Positions 24,685-36,684 of a stretch of 64,000 nt of DNA are shown one piece after another; positions within the stretch are counted from its first letter, which is position 1; the number at the start of each line of letters is the position of its first letter. Where the stretch lies: contig NW_024037076.1 in the NCBI RefSeq assembly GCF_015706575.1, positions 22,605,286-22,669,285 on the forward strand. Direction: 5' to 3'. The DNA is from Patiria miniata. Lineage: Eukaryota. The notes under the pieces are model-generated. The model saw nothing but the letters and a program-made list of their open reading frames with translations. It did no database searches and was not told where the DNA came from. A program made the position numbers and the translations under genes.

Positions 24685-25039
24685 GGCCAAAAAAAGTCTC
24701 CGGTTTCTGGTATGGAGCTTGCCCCAAAAGTGGTGCGGCTTTTTTTTTTTTTTACCTGATTTTTTTGCTTCAAATGTTGGCTGATGACTGCAAATGGTGC
24801 CCGACTAAACTTAGTGCAAATATATGGGAGTACAGAGAGGCCACATAAAGCTTATTCTCGACCATAACCCAATCTAAAAACACGTTAAAATTGTGCAGCA
24901 GCAGGATTCCAGTCAAACCAGTGAGTTTGGCGGTTTTGAGACATCATCTTTCATTGAAAAAAACCCTTTTTCATTTTGCCGACGCGCATGGCTACGGCGA
25001 CGCGCGCGTATACCAGAAACCGGAGAATTTTTTTTGGCC
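24685..25039. mobile_element. MITE family M copy 2 (inverse orientation, both TIRs intact, flanked by TAA on each side)
   Basis: The termini are ggccaaaaaaagtctccggtttctggtat ... ataccagaaaccggagaattttttttggcc, with flanks cactaa| and |taatct. A 3-bp TAA TSD would suggest a PIF/Harbinger-type MITE. Confidence 0.65.
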
Positions 25040-25489
25040 TAATCTATGTGGGCTCTTAATACATTTTTGCAATGGTCCTTCTATAAGTGGCCTGGATGCG
25101 ACGGGGAAATGTAGGGCGGAGACTGACGGGGGAAATAAGTGTCCATCCCATAGCATATGGATTTGCTGTTATTTCTTATTTCAAATAGATGCCTGCATCA
25201 TGTACAACATTTTGCAAACCGAAAAATACCATATTACATGTTTATGAACAAACTTGACTGTATAAGGAATAATACGAGTCTCAAGCATCCTGTGAAAATC
25301 ATGAAACCTTTTGTGCTAGTCATTTTCAAGAAAAGTGGATATTTTGTATTAATTTCCAGCGATGGTAAGCCGACCATCGTTGGAAAATTCCTTCCTCAAT
25401 GGTTTTTCCAGCATGTCCAGCATCAATGACAACACAGTGTTGCTTGCTTTATAACACGAAAGACCAGGGGCGTAGCACGGTCATTTTGA

Positions 25490-25790
25490 TTGGGGGGGGG
25501 GGGCTACAATTTTTTGAAAAGGGCACTTGCACATCCGCTGGTACCATCTGTCAATGGGGGGGGGGGCGCAATTTATCCACTTACTTTTAAAAAGGGCACT
25601 GGTTCACAAACAAAAGGGAATCTTTAAAAAAAAAGCCACTCTTTAAAAAATATTGTGGGGGAGCGATGGTGAAAAGGGCATTTGAATGGAAAAGGGCAGT
25701 CATGGGGGGGGGGTGATACCCCTTACCACGACTCCCCCCCCCCCCCCCCGCCAAACTCCCCCCCCCCCCCCCTCAGCTACGCATTATGAA
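25490..25790. repeat. G-run/C-run flanked low-complexity element with four (g)aaaagggca units
   Basis: Runs G12, G13 and G11 are followed by C16 and C15. The repeats read gaaaagggcacttgcac, aaaaagggcactggttc, gaaaagggcatttgaat and gaaaagggcagtcatgg. Confidence 0.4.
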
Positions 25791-26496
25791 GACCATACAT
25801 TTCTGAAAATTAAAGCAAAACCGAAACTGTGGTGTATACAGTACATGCAACCTCCTTAACGTAAGAAACAAGCCCGTCACAAAAATTAGAATAGTGAAAT
25901 AAAAAGGGAGAGGCCTTTAAATGGGAATTTCCCTTTAATATGTGGTCACGTGACAGCAACTGATTTAATATAGTCAGATAGAAAAGAATTTGGCTCCAAA
26001 TCACCCTCAGTTAACATATACGCAGTACAGGTGTCAGACCTAAGTCGTCGTGGATTTTTTTTAGTGTATGGTAACCAGACGTTTGTTAATGAAAATGGAT
26101 AGCGGTGTGAACATTATAATCAGACTATTTTATCGTTGCCAGATGTTCATCGGTAAATGAGAATCCTATCCTATCGGACAAGTGGCCGGTCAACAAAACT
26201 GTTGTGTTGGATAAAAGGTGAGAAATATTGCCAAATATAGAATCCGCTCGGGTATTATAAGTGTGCATGTTTTCCAATAAGTTTTATAACGTGATTCCCA
26301 TTTGCTAAAACCGAATGTTGTTAAATTTTGCGTCACAAAAAAACTGTGTCTATTCCTTCCGGAGTTCCTCCTCCATGATGATCATCACTGTCATGACTGT
26401 CACTCTCCATAATGACCATGCTCTCTAGGCCTGCCTAGCCTAGTTAGTTTTAGACCCCGTTCCTATTTACTTAGGCATGTTAGGCAGTTAGGCAGT

Positions 26497-27474
26497 GGAT
26501 ATTTAGCCGGAGACGGCATACCTTTAGTAAACGTTAGCTTGCCGGATATGCACTGAACATGCGCAGTTACTTTTTTCGCAGTGGCTATTGTTACGGCAGC
26601 CGTAACGCATTTCCCATTTTCTATCGTTACGGTAGACTGCAACTTTTATAAAAACATGACAAGAAAATATAAAATTAGAGGGAAAAAAGTGAATTTGAAC
26701 GTTACAAAATTCGGACTTTATTTCCCTTTTAAAAAAAATCCAAAGCCTCAGGTTAAAAAAGGAAAAAAATTCGAGTGCAAAACTGAGATTCGAACCCGCA
26801 ACCTCGCGGTGCAAAATCCTACCCTCTATCGACTGAGCTGTTGCACTGCTCGCTAAAACGTGGGGAAACAAATAATTATATACCTGCGTGCGTATCAAAA
26901 AAGTATCGTGGAGGGCGCTAAACAACGACTGCCGTAACGATAGCCACTTCGTACTTTTTTTTGGTACTTTTCCGGTGACTGATTTTAGTCTGGCTGCGCT
27001 TCGTCATGTCCGTGCCAACATTATCATTGTAACTTCGTATTCACAAGATGGGAATCAGACCATTTTACAATTTCGGACTTTATTTCCCTTTAAGGCTTTA
27101 TTAAAAAAAATCCTCCTGAGCCACAAATCTTAAAAAGAAAATGTAATAGGCCTACCCTGCAATAAAATGTTTCAGACATGTAAAATTAATGAAAGAAGAA
27201 TGTTCTTATTTTGGGGGATGGGGGAAAAAAACCTTAGGAATGTCGCCAGCGGGGATCGAGATCGAACCCGGGTCTTCCCGCTCATGAGATCCGTTGCTTA
27301 TCCACTAGACCAAGGGTGCTTCACAACCTTTGGTGGTTGTTTAATATATCTTGTAATTCAACTCTATCTTAGAGAGTACAGCTATACAGGGCCCTCTGTT
27401 GATATGGATTGCCGCCGGCAAACCTTTAGTAAACGTTAGCTTGCCGGCATTACCTCCGGCAATATATCCACTAT
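26497..27474. mobile_element. composite TIR element copy B, same family as 8290-10226, with a different nested insertion
   Basis: The termini match copy A. The internal tRNA-like module at 27235-27310 on the minus strand (…gacccgggttcgatctcgatcccc…) resembles a tRNA-Glu/Asp T-arm. Confidence 0.55.
26579..26950. mobile_element. nested TIR insertion (gtggctattgttacggcagccgtaacg ... cgactgccgtaacgatagccac) carrying a tRNA-like sequence at 26770-26850 on the minus strand
   Basis: It is absent from the homologous position in copy A. The reverse complement contains agctcagtcgatagag...gcgggttcgaatc, the D-loop and T-loop hallmarks, but the anticodon stem does not pair. Confidence 0.45.
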
Positions 27475-27483
27475 CTATTTTAT

Positions 27484-27838
27484 ATAGGAATTATAGCCCC
27501 ACTTGTGTGGCCTCAGTATTGCTGCGCTGTACGTTAGGCCACACGTCTGGTTTCCCAACCTACTGAGGAGTTTAGTCAAACTCCGGCAAATATGGACTCC
27601 AGAAAGATGCTAAATTTCTCAGAAAATTTGAAGACAGATTACCTAATCTACCCGGACAATGCCGGAGGGCAAAAGATGAGAAATCATGAGAATACAACCA
27701 TATACTGTGGTATGTGGGAAAAAAATGCCAAAAACGGGTGTGCCAGTTTTTTTAATAAACTCCTTAGTAGTAGTATTGGAGAACCTGGCGTGTGGCCAGA
27801 GATACAGCGCAGCAATATCACGGCCACACTAGTGGGGC
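27484..27838. mobile_element. MITE with 35-bp TIRs (gccccacttgtgtggcctcagtattgctgcgctgta ... tacagcgcagcaatatcacggccacactagtggggc), with TA-rich flanks
   Basis: The TIRs are seen directly. Flanking ...attata| and |taatat suggest a TA TSD, which would be Stowaway/Tc1-like. Confidence 0.6.
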
Positions 27839-28204
27839 TAATATAGGAAGGGAAAGCCTCACCAAAACAGTTGACCAAATGACACTCAAAATTGACATTC
27901 TGATATTTCTTGACACATCTGAACAATTGGCAATGACACCTTCTTGAAGATCAGCAGGTTGAATTTTGTGGAAAGAGGGCAGGGCTTTGATTTATGAGGG
28001 AAATTAAGGGGTCAAAGACGACGATGACAACCAGAAAACAAACTGTGTGATTTTCACCAAAGCTTTATTCTCTCTAGCTTTCTAAGTTAATTCTATATTT
28101 TACATGTCTACATTGTGTATTACTTGTGAATTACGTAGTGTGCTTAAACATTGGATATTTTTCAGATCATTTCCGGATGTTTTGCTGCTGATTTACATGT
28201 AGTA

Positions 28205-29252
28205 ATGGAAGGTGGAGGAGACTCAGAGACAGCTTCAGTCATGGAATCAACATCACTTGGTAAATATTCCTCTGAGGGACATCAAACAGAAGAACATGTT
28301 GATGGAGAGGTAAAGGAGGAACAAGGAGAGGATGTCATTGAGAATGAAAGAGAAAGGGAATCACTGAACGATGGAACCGGTGACATGGAGATAGAAGACA
28401 GTCAGGGACAACATCTGAATGATTCATCTAAAGAAGATGTCAGCACCAATGGAATACATCGATTAAATGACATTGACCTGACACAAACAGAAGAAAGTGG
28501 CAATGGAAACAGTGACAAAGAACAACAGCTTAGTGATTTGTCGCAAGAAGACGGTAACATCAATGAAATAAAGGAAGATTTTCCGAATCACAGGATGAGT
28601 TGCCATGGTGACCATCCTAGTGAAACATCATGTCAAGACACTGTTGAAGAACCACGTAGCGAAATAGTGCAATCAGATATGACTGATAAAAGTGATCATA
28701 TTTCTCATAATGCAATCCCAGAGTCTGATAAATCAAGAACTTCAGACACACTGATGGATGGTGAACAGCCAAATCAAGCATCAGTAACTCCCAAAAAGAT
28801 TGAGTTGGTAGAAACTGGACAGGAAACTGCAACATGTTGTGCCGACACAGAAACCAAGACGTCCAGCCTAAAAGCTTCCTTCAATTGCAATCCATCTAAA
28901 AGTGTAAATTATAGTTCACCAGAGGCTTTCTTGTTGTCAATTTCAAAAGATGTAAGTGATGATTCTCAACTTAATATACCTGTGAAAACAGCCAGTGAAT
29001 CACATTCAAGACTTGCAATTAGTGCAGGAATGAAATCCCCGCAAATTGCTGAGAATCGAGAAAAACCAAAGACAAGAACTAAAGAGGAAGCCAAACAGAC
29101 TCAAAGATCTGAATTATCTTCAGAGAAACTGTCAAGAATTGAATGTACGTCAGTGCAATCAGCAAGAACAGCCATGGATCAGGATGATGATTTGCTGTCA
29201 GAATTGGATGCAGAATTGGATGACTTCTCGGTGCCACAGACACTTACTGAAG
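28205..29252 (+). CDS. CCDC186: CCDC186-like golgin (coiled-coil domain-containing protein 186), exon 1, encoding a roughly 350-aa acidic Ser/Asp/Glu-rich N-terminal region
   Basis: ATG 28205 (gtagtaATGg). An upstream tttttcag acceptor at 28164 suggests a 5'UTR exon. Donor g|gtaaaa at 29253. Frame from ORF 28151..29302. Confidence 0.65.
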
Positions 29253-29641
29253 GTAAAATAATGTTCGACCAAACAACTTGTCCCTTTAGTACTTTCAACT
29301 AAAAGCATTCTGGGTTTGGATTTTTCCTGGACCTTTGTTTTTCAGACTTTTCCTCCGAATTCTAAAATTGTAATTTCTTCTGGAATATATAAAATTCCAA
29401 AGTACTTAGCATTCAAGCAAAGACCTTCTGTTTTTTTATTCTCTCTGCGAAGGAGTTTTAAGGTCCTCAATTTTGAAAGTAATTTCAAATTTATCTACAT
29501 TTGTATAATTTCTCTGACTTTAAGATTGAACGCTACATGTAGTAGGATAACGTGAAGCACTGAACAGGCTATATACATAAATAGATAAGTCTGTCTTTGT
29601 GTAATTTGTTCATATTTCTCACATCCTCCCATTTCCTGCAG

Positions 29642-29768
29642 GTGATCCTATTAATGGTTTGCTGAGGAAGGGAATCATTCTGGAAGATATTCCGCAGTTT
29701 AAAATGATGAAACTACTATCTGAGGAATTACAGCAAAAGGTTGATAGCCTTCATGGAGAAATCAAAAG
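29642..29768 (+). CDS. CCDC186: CCDC186-like exon 2
   Basis: Acceptor cctgcag|gt, donor ag|gtcatt. The phase is consistent with its neighbours. Translation GDPINGLLRKGIILEDIPQFKMMKLLSEELQQKVDSLHGEIK. Confidence 0.55.
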
Positions 29769-30553
29769 GTCATTGCTTTTAAGAAGTATAACAGTTCCAA
29801 AGTAAAGGAGTATAATTTCAGTAATTTCATGCATTTTTTTTGCAAATAAGTAAAGCATGTTTACAAATATGTACATGTAGTTGGAAAAAAAATATTAGCC
29901 TTCTCATTGTGCATCACAAAACCTTTGTCACTGCCTGTGACATTTGCCCCATGTATTTGGCTTATTCAGTTTGCGAACAAACACATATGATGATTTTAAT
30001 TGCAAATTGTCATTAGTCATGAACCATATGGGTACTATATTACAAAAGCATTGTTTTATGTGTCATACAATTTTGCATATTTAATGCTATCACTTTGGCC
30101 AGAATATCTCCATAAATAATAATTTGCATATCAGACTGAATTTATGAATACCATGAGTACATATGCTAGATTTTTTTAAGTAGTTTTATTATTTTAAATT
30201 GCCAGACTGTGCATGTTCATTTAGTTTGGCTTGGATAGTGAGGTGCAGGGTTAGGCATTTTATCTATTTTTCCAATCAACTAAACTTTAGCATAGAATCA
30301 ATTTTTCAATCAGTTTTATTTTAAATATATATACTTGCTAGTTTTTACATGTTAAACGCATTGGACTGGTTTGAAATTTTTATCACCCCTGACACAAAAT
30401 TTCATCAAATGTGAAGGTGCATTATAATACTGGCCATGCGACAAAGTATTCTCAGAAAGTCTCACTTAACAAAAAAACAAAAATAAACAGGCAATATGGA
30501 AACACAATCCACCACTGAATATGAATGTTGTGATGTTTTGTTTCCAATTGTAG

Positions 30554-30680
30554 CATGCAACAACGATTGTCCAGTCAGCAAAAGCAAGTCAGTGATCTAG
30601 AACAAGAGAAAGATGCACTACAGATGAATATCAAACAAGCGGAATCAGTTCAAAGTGTTCATCTATTGAGAGTGAAAGAG
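30554..30680 (+). CDS. CCDC186: CCDC186-like exon 3
   Basis: Acceptor ttgtag|c, donor gag|gtaagg. Coiled-coil sequence MQQRLSSQQKQVSDLEQEKDALQMNIKQAESVQSVHLLRVKE. Confidence 0.55.
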
Positions 30681-31303
30681 GTAAGGTGATGCAGACGGGA
30701 CACATCATCAATATTAAGGAAAAGTTGTAATTAAAATGTCACCCATATTTCTTACAAAGGCCAAATTTGTTGGTAAAGATACAATGTAAGTTGTTTGGGA
30801 CTGAATTGTCACTAAGAAATACAACAGATGTGATGAAATTGTATACATGTAGCATTTGACACCCATAACTAGAAGTTTAGGTTTGGGCAATTGTAGCTTA
30901 ACGTTTCCCCTAACATACAAACAGCATTGTCCAAAGAGAGCATGCTTTTCTCTTTTCTTGATAAACATTACATCCACCAGGTAGAATCTGTACACGGGAT
31001 GATCACAAATTTGTTACTAACTAGGTAATAAATCAGGATCACGATGTTGCATGTAGGTACTGTTCTGTGGATATTTACCTCGCCATATGGTGTGCGGTAC
31101 ATGCACCACTGCATTTTTAACATCATAGCATGCATATTAACTTTTTTCTCTCAACAAAAAGCTTTTAGCATGATATGAAGGACTTTTGTAAGAATTGACC
31201 TGTGCTTTTATGAAGAACATGTACACATGCATGTACACTAATGTCCCAGCTATTTGCTCTGTTGACAAGATGACAATTGACAATGTTTTTATTTTCATGA
31301 CAG

Positions 31304-31432
31304 CTTGAGTTACTAATTGACCAACAAAAAGTGGAAATAGCGGCGGCTAAAGAACGACAGCAGTCCCATGATTCTGCGGCCAAGAAAGCTATCACACAAC
31401 TCCAACAGGAAATGAGCCTTAGGGTAGACCAG
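31304..31432 (+). CDS. CCDC186: CCDC186-like exon 4
   Basis: Acceptor catgacag|ctt, donor cag|gtaagt. ...AKKAITQLQQEMSLRVDQ is close to human AKNAVQQLHKEMAQRMEQ. Confidence 0.7.
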
Positions 31433-32142
31433 GTAAGTACCAGTGGCGTAACCAAGGGGGGAAGGGGCCCTGGCGACTGGCACGTGCCCCCACAAAATCC
31501 GTGCTCCTTAGCTGCACAGTGTTTTGGTAGTTGAAACTCTGTCTACATGTATATATCAGATTGTTTGCCATCTGCATTTTGTTTAACAAACTGTAGAATG
31601 GTAATGCACTTCTGCATGTAAGTCTCTTGTAAGTGTACGCAATAATTACATTAGGGAATCAACCACCGACTCATCTCACTTAAGACTACTTCACCTCTCA
31701 TCTAACAGTGTAACCGTAACCTTCCCAAAACCCCCAAAATCCTCTTTGCAAAATGAAGGATTTTGCAGGATTGAGGCTATGTGGCAAAAATGTGTGGTTG
31801 ATTTTGGAGGATGCACTGTTTCAAGGTCTCTGGCATGACCCTGTGTTGGTTATGCTTAGTTGTGCATAAATTTAGGCCTAGATTATACTTGAAATCATCC
31901 GCACTGCTCCAGAATATCACTGGCTCTGCCAAGGACACCATTCAAGATATAACATGTGGTTTTGGAGGATTGAGGCTGTATGAACTTTTACAGGGAGGCT
32001 GTTGGAGGATTTTGCAGGTTTGAGGTTGCATCCTAGCAAGAATATCTGGAGAGTTAGGATTAATCTGGATACCCTGGGTCTGTCTTGATTTTTGTACTGT
32101 AGGATTTGATTGTTGATTGTGATATCCCACTTCTGCCACCAG

Positions 32143-32334
32143 GTAAAATCCATGTATGAAGAAGCCATCAAAGAGAAGGAAGCTATAGTCATGAAGTATG
32201 CCAAGAGTGAGAAAGAAGTCTCAGATCAGAAGAAACTACGTGAGACTTTGGAGAAGACAGTGGAATCACTCAAATCACAGTTACATGATATAAAGAAAGA
32301 ACGCTCTAAGTTAAAGAATACTGCTGCGTCTAAG
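32143..32334 (+). CDS. CCDC186: CCDC186-like exon 5
   Basis: Frame from ORF 32110..32406. EKEAIVMKYAKSEKEVSDQKKLRETLEK is close to human [28 protein letters not shown]. Confidence 0.8.
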
Positions 32335-32869
32335 GTACATTGTGCTGAACTTACACCTTCTCTTGTTTATCAAAACATGCGTATATGTGTACATTACACC
32401 AATTAACCAATTAATCCTTGCACTGGCCCAAACAGCCCTACCCTGTTGCTCATTGTACTACCAAAAACTGTGCCGACCCAGCGCTGTATAGTTTATGGCT
32501 TCTTCAGGGAATAAATACAATGGTATGAGCTCCGTGCACAAGTACCCCCTCACTGGCTAGAAAGGGAGAGTTGGGGGAGACCATCGGGAAAGACATTCAA
32601 ATGCATAACTGACGATGCCTGATGCTCATGCAATGACGCTATGGCTTTGTTCACATTTAAAATATAAAATAAGTTGTGCGTACTTCGCTCTATACGTGCG
32701 CAAACCAGTATGTACGCACGGAGTGTCCCATCCATGGAACTCTCAAAAGTGGTAAAAAGGCACCCAGTCTTGTTGTCGCATAGAGCCCATACATGTACAA
32801 TGTAAAACAGGGTTAAAATAATTAGGGATTTGTTTTTTCCTCACTTGTACTGTATATTTTCTTCAACAG

Positions 32870-32989
32870 GAGACCGAAGCTTCATATTTGCAGAAAGAAG
32901 TTGATCAACTGAAGGAGGAAGTCAGCTCACAAGGAATCAAAGTCAAATGGGCCCAGAATAAGCTCAAGACAGAACTAGATGCACACAAG
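32870..32989 (+). CDS. CCDC186: CCDC186-like exon 6
   Basis: IKVKWAQNKLKTELDAHK is close to human IKVKWAQNKLKAEMDSHK. Acceptor caacag|gag, donor aag|gtgaga. Confidence 0.85.
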
Positions 32990-33181
32990 GTGAGAAAAAG
33001 ATGACACTATAAAATGTTTGCTGGCGCTACGCTGAGAGTTCTGCTTTTTGTTGTCTCATTTGACTTGGAGGCAGCCAATATTTCACATAACTAGCCTGCT
33101 AGCAAACACAGAGCAGCAAGAAAAGTAACTGATTCACCTTGGTTCATACACTTGAATTCTTTTATTGAAATTTTTTAACAG

Positions 33182-33286
33182 GAGACCAAAGTGAAGCTAG
33201 CCAAGACAGAACAAAGACTAACGGAGGCCAAAGAAGAGACAGAACAAATCAGGAAAAACTGTCAGGAGATGATCAAGACTTATCAG
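33182..33286 (+). CDS. CCDC186: CCDC186-like exon 7
   Basis: ETKVKLAKTEQRLTEAKEETEQIRKNCQEMIKTYQ is close to human [35 protein letters not shown]. Confidence 0.85.
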
Positions 33287-33836
33287 GTACCATTAGATCA
33301 AATAGGTTTGTGCTTAAGAATTGACAAGATGTGTGCATGGGTTTGCTTATGGTGTAAATCGAGAACACTTATGTGAATCATCCTTGTGTAATTGAGGACA
33401 AGAGTCAAATTGTTTGTTGTTTTTTTGTCATGTACAAAACATATGGGAGTTTTCCTAAAAAGTTTAATTGCAAGAGGGACAAAAGGACATCCACTGTGGG
33501 AGATCGATACACGTTTGTTTGAGTAGGTTTATGGTGTAAATCGAGGACACACGTGCGACATCATCGATGAATTGAGGACAGGAACCAAATCGAGGACGAT
33601 CTTGATTAGAAAACGTGTACAAAACCAATGAGAGCTGTTGCAAAAAAAGTTAGAGTTATAAACAGGAAAAGGGAAGAGGAACAATAAAAAACCTTGAATT
33701 ACAGCATTAACCAACCTGTGTGTGTATGTTACATCCAGAGATCGCTTAGTCATTACGTCCTTGTCTACCAAAAAACAAGACTTTTGCAACGATACTTCCT
33801 AATTTTTTAAGTTGTCTATTGACTTGTGATTTTCAG

Positions 33837-34022
33837 ACCTCTGAAGAAGTGAAATCCAACAGTCTTGACAAGCAGCTGAAGGTGAAACACAGTGAGCTGG
33901 AACAGAAATTACAAGAGCAGAAAGACCACTTGGAAGTTCATCAGGCTAGACTCCGAGAACTTGAGTCACTTAAGAAGAATCTTGCTGATAACGTAGCTGA
34001 ACTCGACTCATTCAAAGTCAAG
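33837..34022 (+). CDS. CCDC186: CCDC186-like exon 8
   Basis: TSEEVKSNSLDKQLKVKHSELEQKLQEQKDHLEVHQARLRELESLKK... is close to human [47 protein letters not shown]. Confidence 0.8.
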
Positions 34023-34313
34023 GTGCCACATTGCTTTAATGCAACTCAATTCATTTTGTTAAATCTATTAAGGAAGCCAGCAGAAATTTGATAAACTGTT
34101 GTAAAAACTATTACACATGATACTGACTTGATTTGTATTTGAGAGTTTGAAGTGGATGTAACTGAATCTGTTAATGCACTCCAAATTTGTCAATTTTTTT
34201 GTTTGAATATTTTAATGTTTTCACACACAAATCTAAATTTACTCAAATTAGATCAGGAACTCCACTTTATTGATGTTTAAAGAGTTTTGTATTTGATTCA
34301 TAAATTTTAACAG

Positions 34314-34456
34314 AACAAGTGTTTGGAAACTGAAAGACTCCAAAATGAGGAACTTCTAGCTAAATTCAAAGAACTTCTCAATTCTCAAAAAGAAGAAAAC
34401 CGGCGACTTAACAAACAGCTTGAGGAAAAGAAGACGTTGGCACAAGAACTTGACAG
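34314..34456 (+). CDS. CCDC186: CCDC186-like exon 9
   Basis: Frame from ORF 34323..34532. Donor ag|gttagt. The sequence is coiled-coil. Confidence 0.65.
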
Positions 34457-34703
34457 GTTAGTAGTTGTAATTTTTCTGATGACAAGTCTCTCTTTACATA
34501 TTCAACACAAAGTTAATTACTTTATCTTTTAATTTTTGGTCATTATTTCTTAAAAAGCCATGATCAGTGGTAACCAAAAACATGCAGTTTGACTAAATGG
34601 TATTGTGCTACATGCATGGTCCATTGATGATTAGTCTACATACAGTCAAATGACACATGCACTTTGCAATGATATGAATTGAAGTCTCCCATTTATCATT
34701 AAG

Positions 34704-34884
34704 CTTGAAGCAGACAGAGCAACAGCTACGATCAGAAGTTTCTGGTCAGAAAAATGACCAGTCAGACTTGGAGATGGAGCTAGAGACAAGAAGACAGAAA
34801 GAGGGCGAGCTATTGCAGTTTACTGAGAAGATAACGAGTAAGAACACGTCACTGAGCTCTGAGAATACCGCCTTGAGGTCAAAG
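34704..34884 (+). CDS. CCDC186: CCDC186-like exon 10
   Basis: EGELLQFTEKITSKNTSLSSENTALRSK is close to human [28 protein letters not shown]. The acceptor could instead be at 34710, since 34702/34703 is ambiguous with 34709/34710. Confidence 0.7.
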
Positions 34885-35056
34885 GTAATTCATTGGTTTA
34901 TCCCATTGAATTAAGGATCAATTCAATCAAATTCCAAAATTTAAATGTCATGGAATCAGGTATCAACTGAATGCATGATACACACCATTCATTTTTTTGT
35001 CTGAAAGCATACAAAGTTAAATGTTTTTATGAGTTAACGTCTCTATTTTTTTATAG

Positions 35057-35131
35057 GCAAGTCAGCTAGAATCTGCCGCTCTAAAACTTCAGAAAGATCT
35101 TGATGAGTTGCAGACCAGCTACAATCAGTTG
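35057..35131 (+). CDS. CCDC186: CCDC186-like exon 11
   Basis: Acceptor ttatag|gca, donor ttg|gtaagt, phase 0/0. Confidence 0.55.
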
Positions 35132-35436
35132 GTAAGTTAATGATCATTGATTCCTAAAATCTAAACAAACCAAGCAAACTTTAATTTTGGTTTGAATGTG
35201 GTTTTTAACTTTCATAAGATCCCAAATGTCCACTGTGTGCATTACAAATGATCGAGACGTGTAGCCATTAAAATGTTGGAACCATTTTTCTGTATATATT
35301 ATGCTTGCAGTAATTGCAGTTAACATTACATTAAGTCTATTGCATGGAATATTGATAATGAAGATCTTAGGTGTATGTGGTATAAATAAAAACATCATAA
35401 TCTATTTTGCTAAGTATAAAACCTTTTCTTGGACAG

Positions 35437-35601
35437 AGCTCTGAGTTGAAGCAGGAGCATCAGTTTCGTGAGCGTGAGTCATCACTGCTCACAAGCAAAC
35501 TCAATGAGAAGAGTCGTGCTTTAGAACAACTGTCTATCCAGCTGGATGAAGCCAGGGATGATAATAAGACTCTGAAAAGGAAACATGCTGCAAATACAAA
35601 G
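35437..35601 (+). CDS. CCDC186: CCDC186-like exon 12
   Basis: Frame from ORF 35407..35676. ...KRKHAANTK is close to human RRKHASSIK. Confidence 0.65.
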
Positions 35602-35988
35602 GTACCAGGAGGTCTTGAAGACGATAAGGTTTATCTAATATCAAGTAGTAATGAGAACAATCATGCTGACGGATGAATGTCAAATTCAATGATATAAGTC
35701 TAGAACAGCTTTAAATTTAAGTCTACTTTTGTAACAAACACAAAAGTGGTTCATGAAAATGGTCTCTGTATTGAATATTGAACAAGACCCATACAGGTAT
35801 CAATGTATAAATAATGTTCTGAAATATGTTAGGGTTGTTTTGTCATAATAATTTTTGACTCCTTTTTTTCTGCATAATGTGGTCACTAATGTAAAAACAA
35901 AAACTGATTTTCAGTCCTGAAATTGTAGTGAAAAGTTCCCTTTTGAGATTGAAAATAGCAATATTATCTTCTTTTTTGGATTTGACAG

Positions 35989-36210
35989 GATTTGACAAGA
36001 CAGTTACAGCAGGCACACAAGCGTTTAGAATCCATTGATTCGTCTGAGAATCCATCCCGTGATACTATCAGTGTTGGTTCACGCACCAGTAGTTCAGGAT
36101 CATTGGATACACTTCCGGGCTCAACTCCTAGTGCTGTCAATTCAAGTGGTTCATCAGTCTCCGTCAGCACATCAGCATCATCCAAACCGGAGGAACATCC
36201 TGCACCTCAT
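35989..36210 (+). CDS. CCDC186: CCDC186-like exon 13
   Basis: DLTRQLQQAHKRLESIDSS...SRTSSSGSLD is close to human [20 protein letters not shown]...SRSSSSGSLN. Donor cat|gtaagt. Confidence 0.8.
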
Positions 36211-36514
36211 GTAAGTCTATCGGGTCTTGAGCATGAACAACCGAGGGCCGGAGGCGCTGTTCAAGCTATCCGACATGTGCATGAATAGGGCAAGATAAGT
36301 GACTGCCACTTGAACAAGCTTCAACTCATTCAATTCAATGTCATTTATGCACATAATAGAGAAATTGTTCGTTTTTGTTTTCAACTTTTAAAGTTGAGGT
36401 CTGTTTTTATTTCAGAGTCAATCACAATATTTTTACTTATTATTTGGCATGTCAGAAAGAAAAACATTAACTTGTACATTTTATGATGAGATATATATGT
36501 ATATTTCACTACAG

Positions 36515-36684
36515 GATCACACGGTTGCAATCGCTACAGGCAACGACTATCCTGGAGTCGACAAAGGAATGTTAGTTGACCGCATTGTGCGATTACAGAA
36601 AGCTCATCAACGGAAAAATGAAAAGATGGAATTCATGCAAGAACACATTTCCCACCTGGTAGAAGAACTCAAAAAGAAATCCAA
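36515..36684 (+). CDS. CCDC186: CCDC186-like exon 14
   Basis: [43 protein letters not shown] is close to human [43 protein letters not shown]. Confidence 0.9.

Noticed and set aside
26770-26850. Sequence with tRNA D-loop and T-loop hallmarks (agctcagtcgatagag...gcgggttcgaatc) on the minus strand. Similar tRNA-like sequences lie at 8625-8700, 27235-27310 and 39186-39260.
   Set aside because: The anticodon and acceptor stems do not pair into a cloverleaf. Each lies inside a TIR or SINE-like repeat, so they are interpreted as tRNA-derived repeat modules and not functional tRNA genes.
26524-26925. 133-aa minus-strand ORF.
   Set aside because: It lies entirely within the nested TIR insertion of composite element B, with a repeat-derived sequence.
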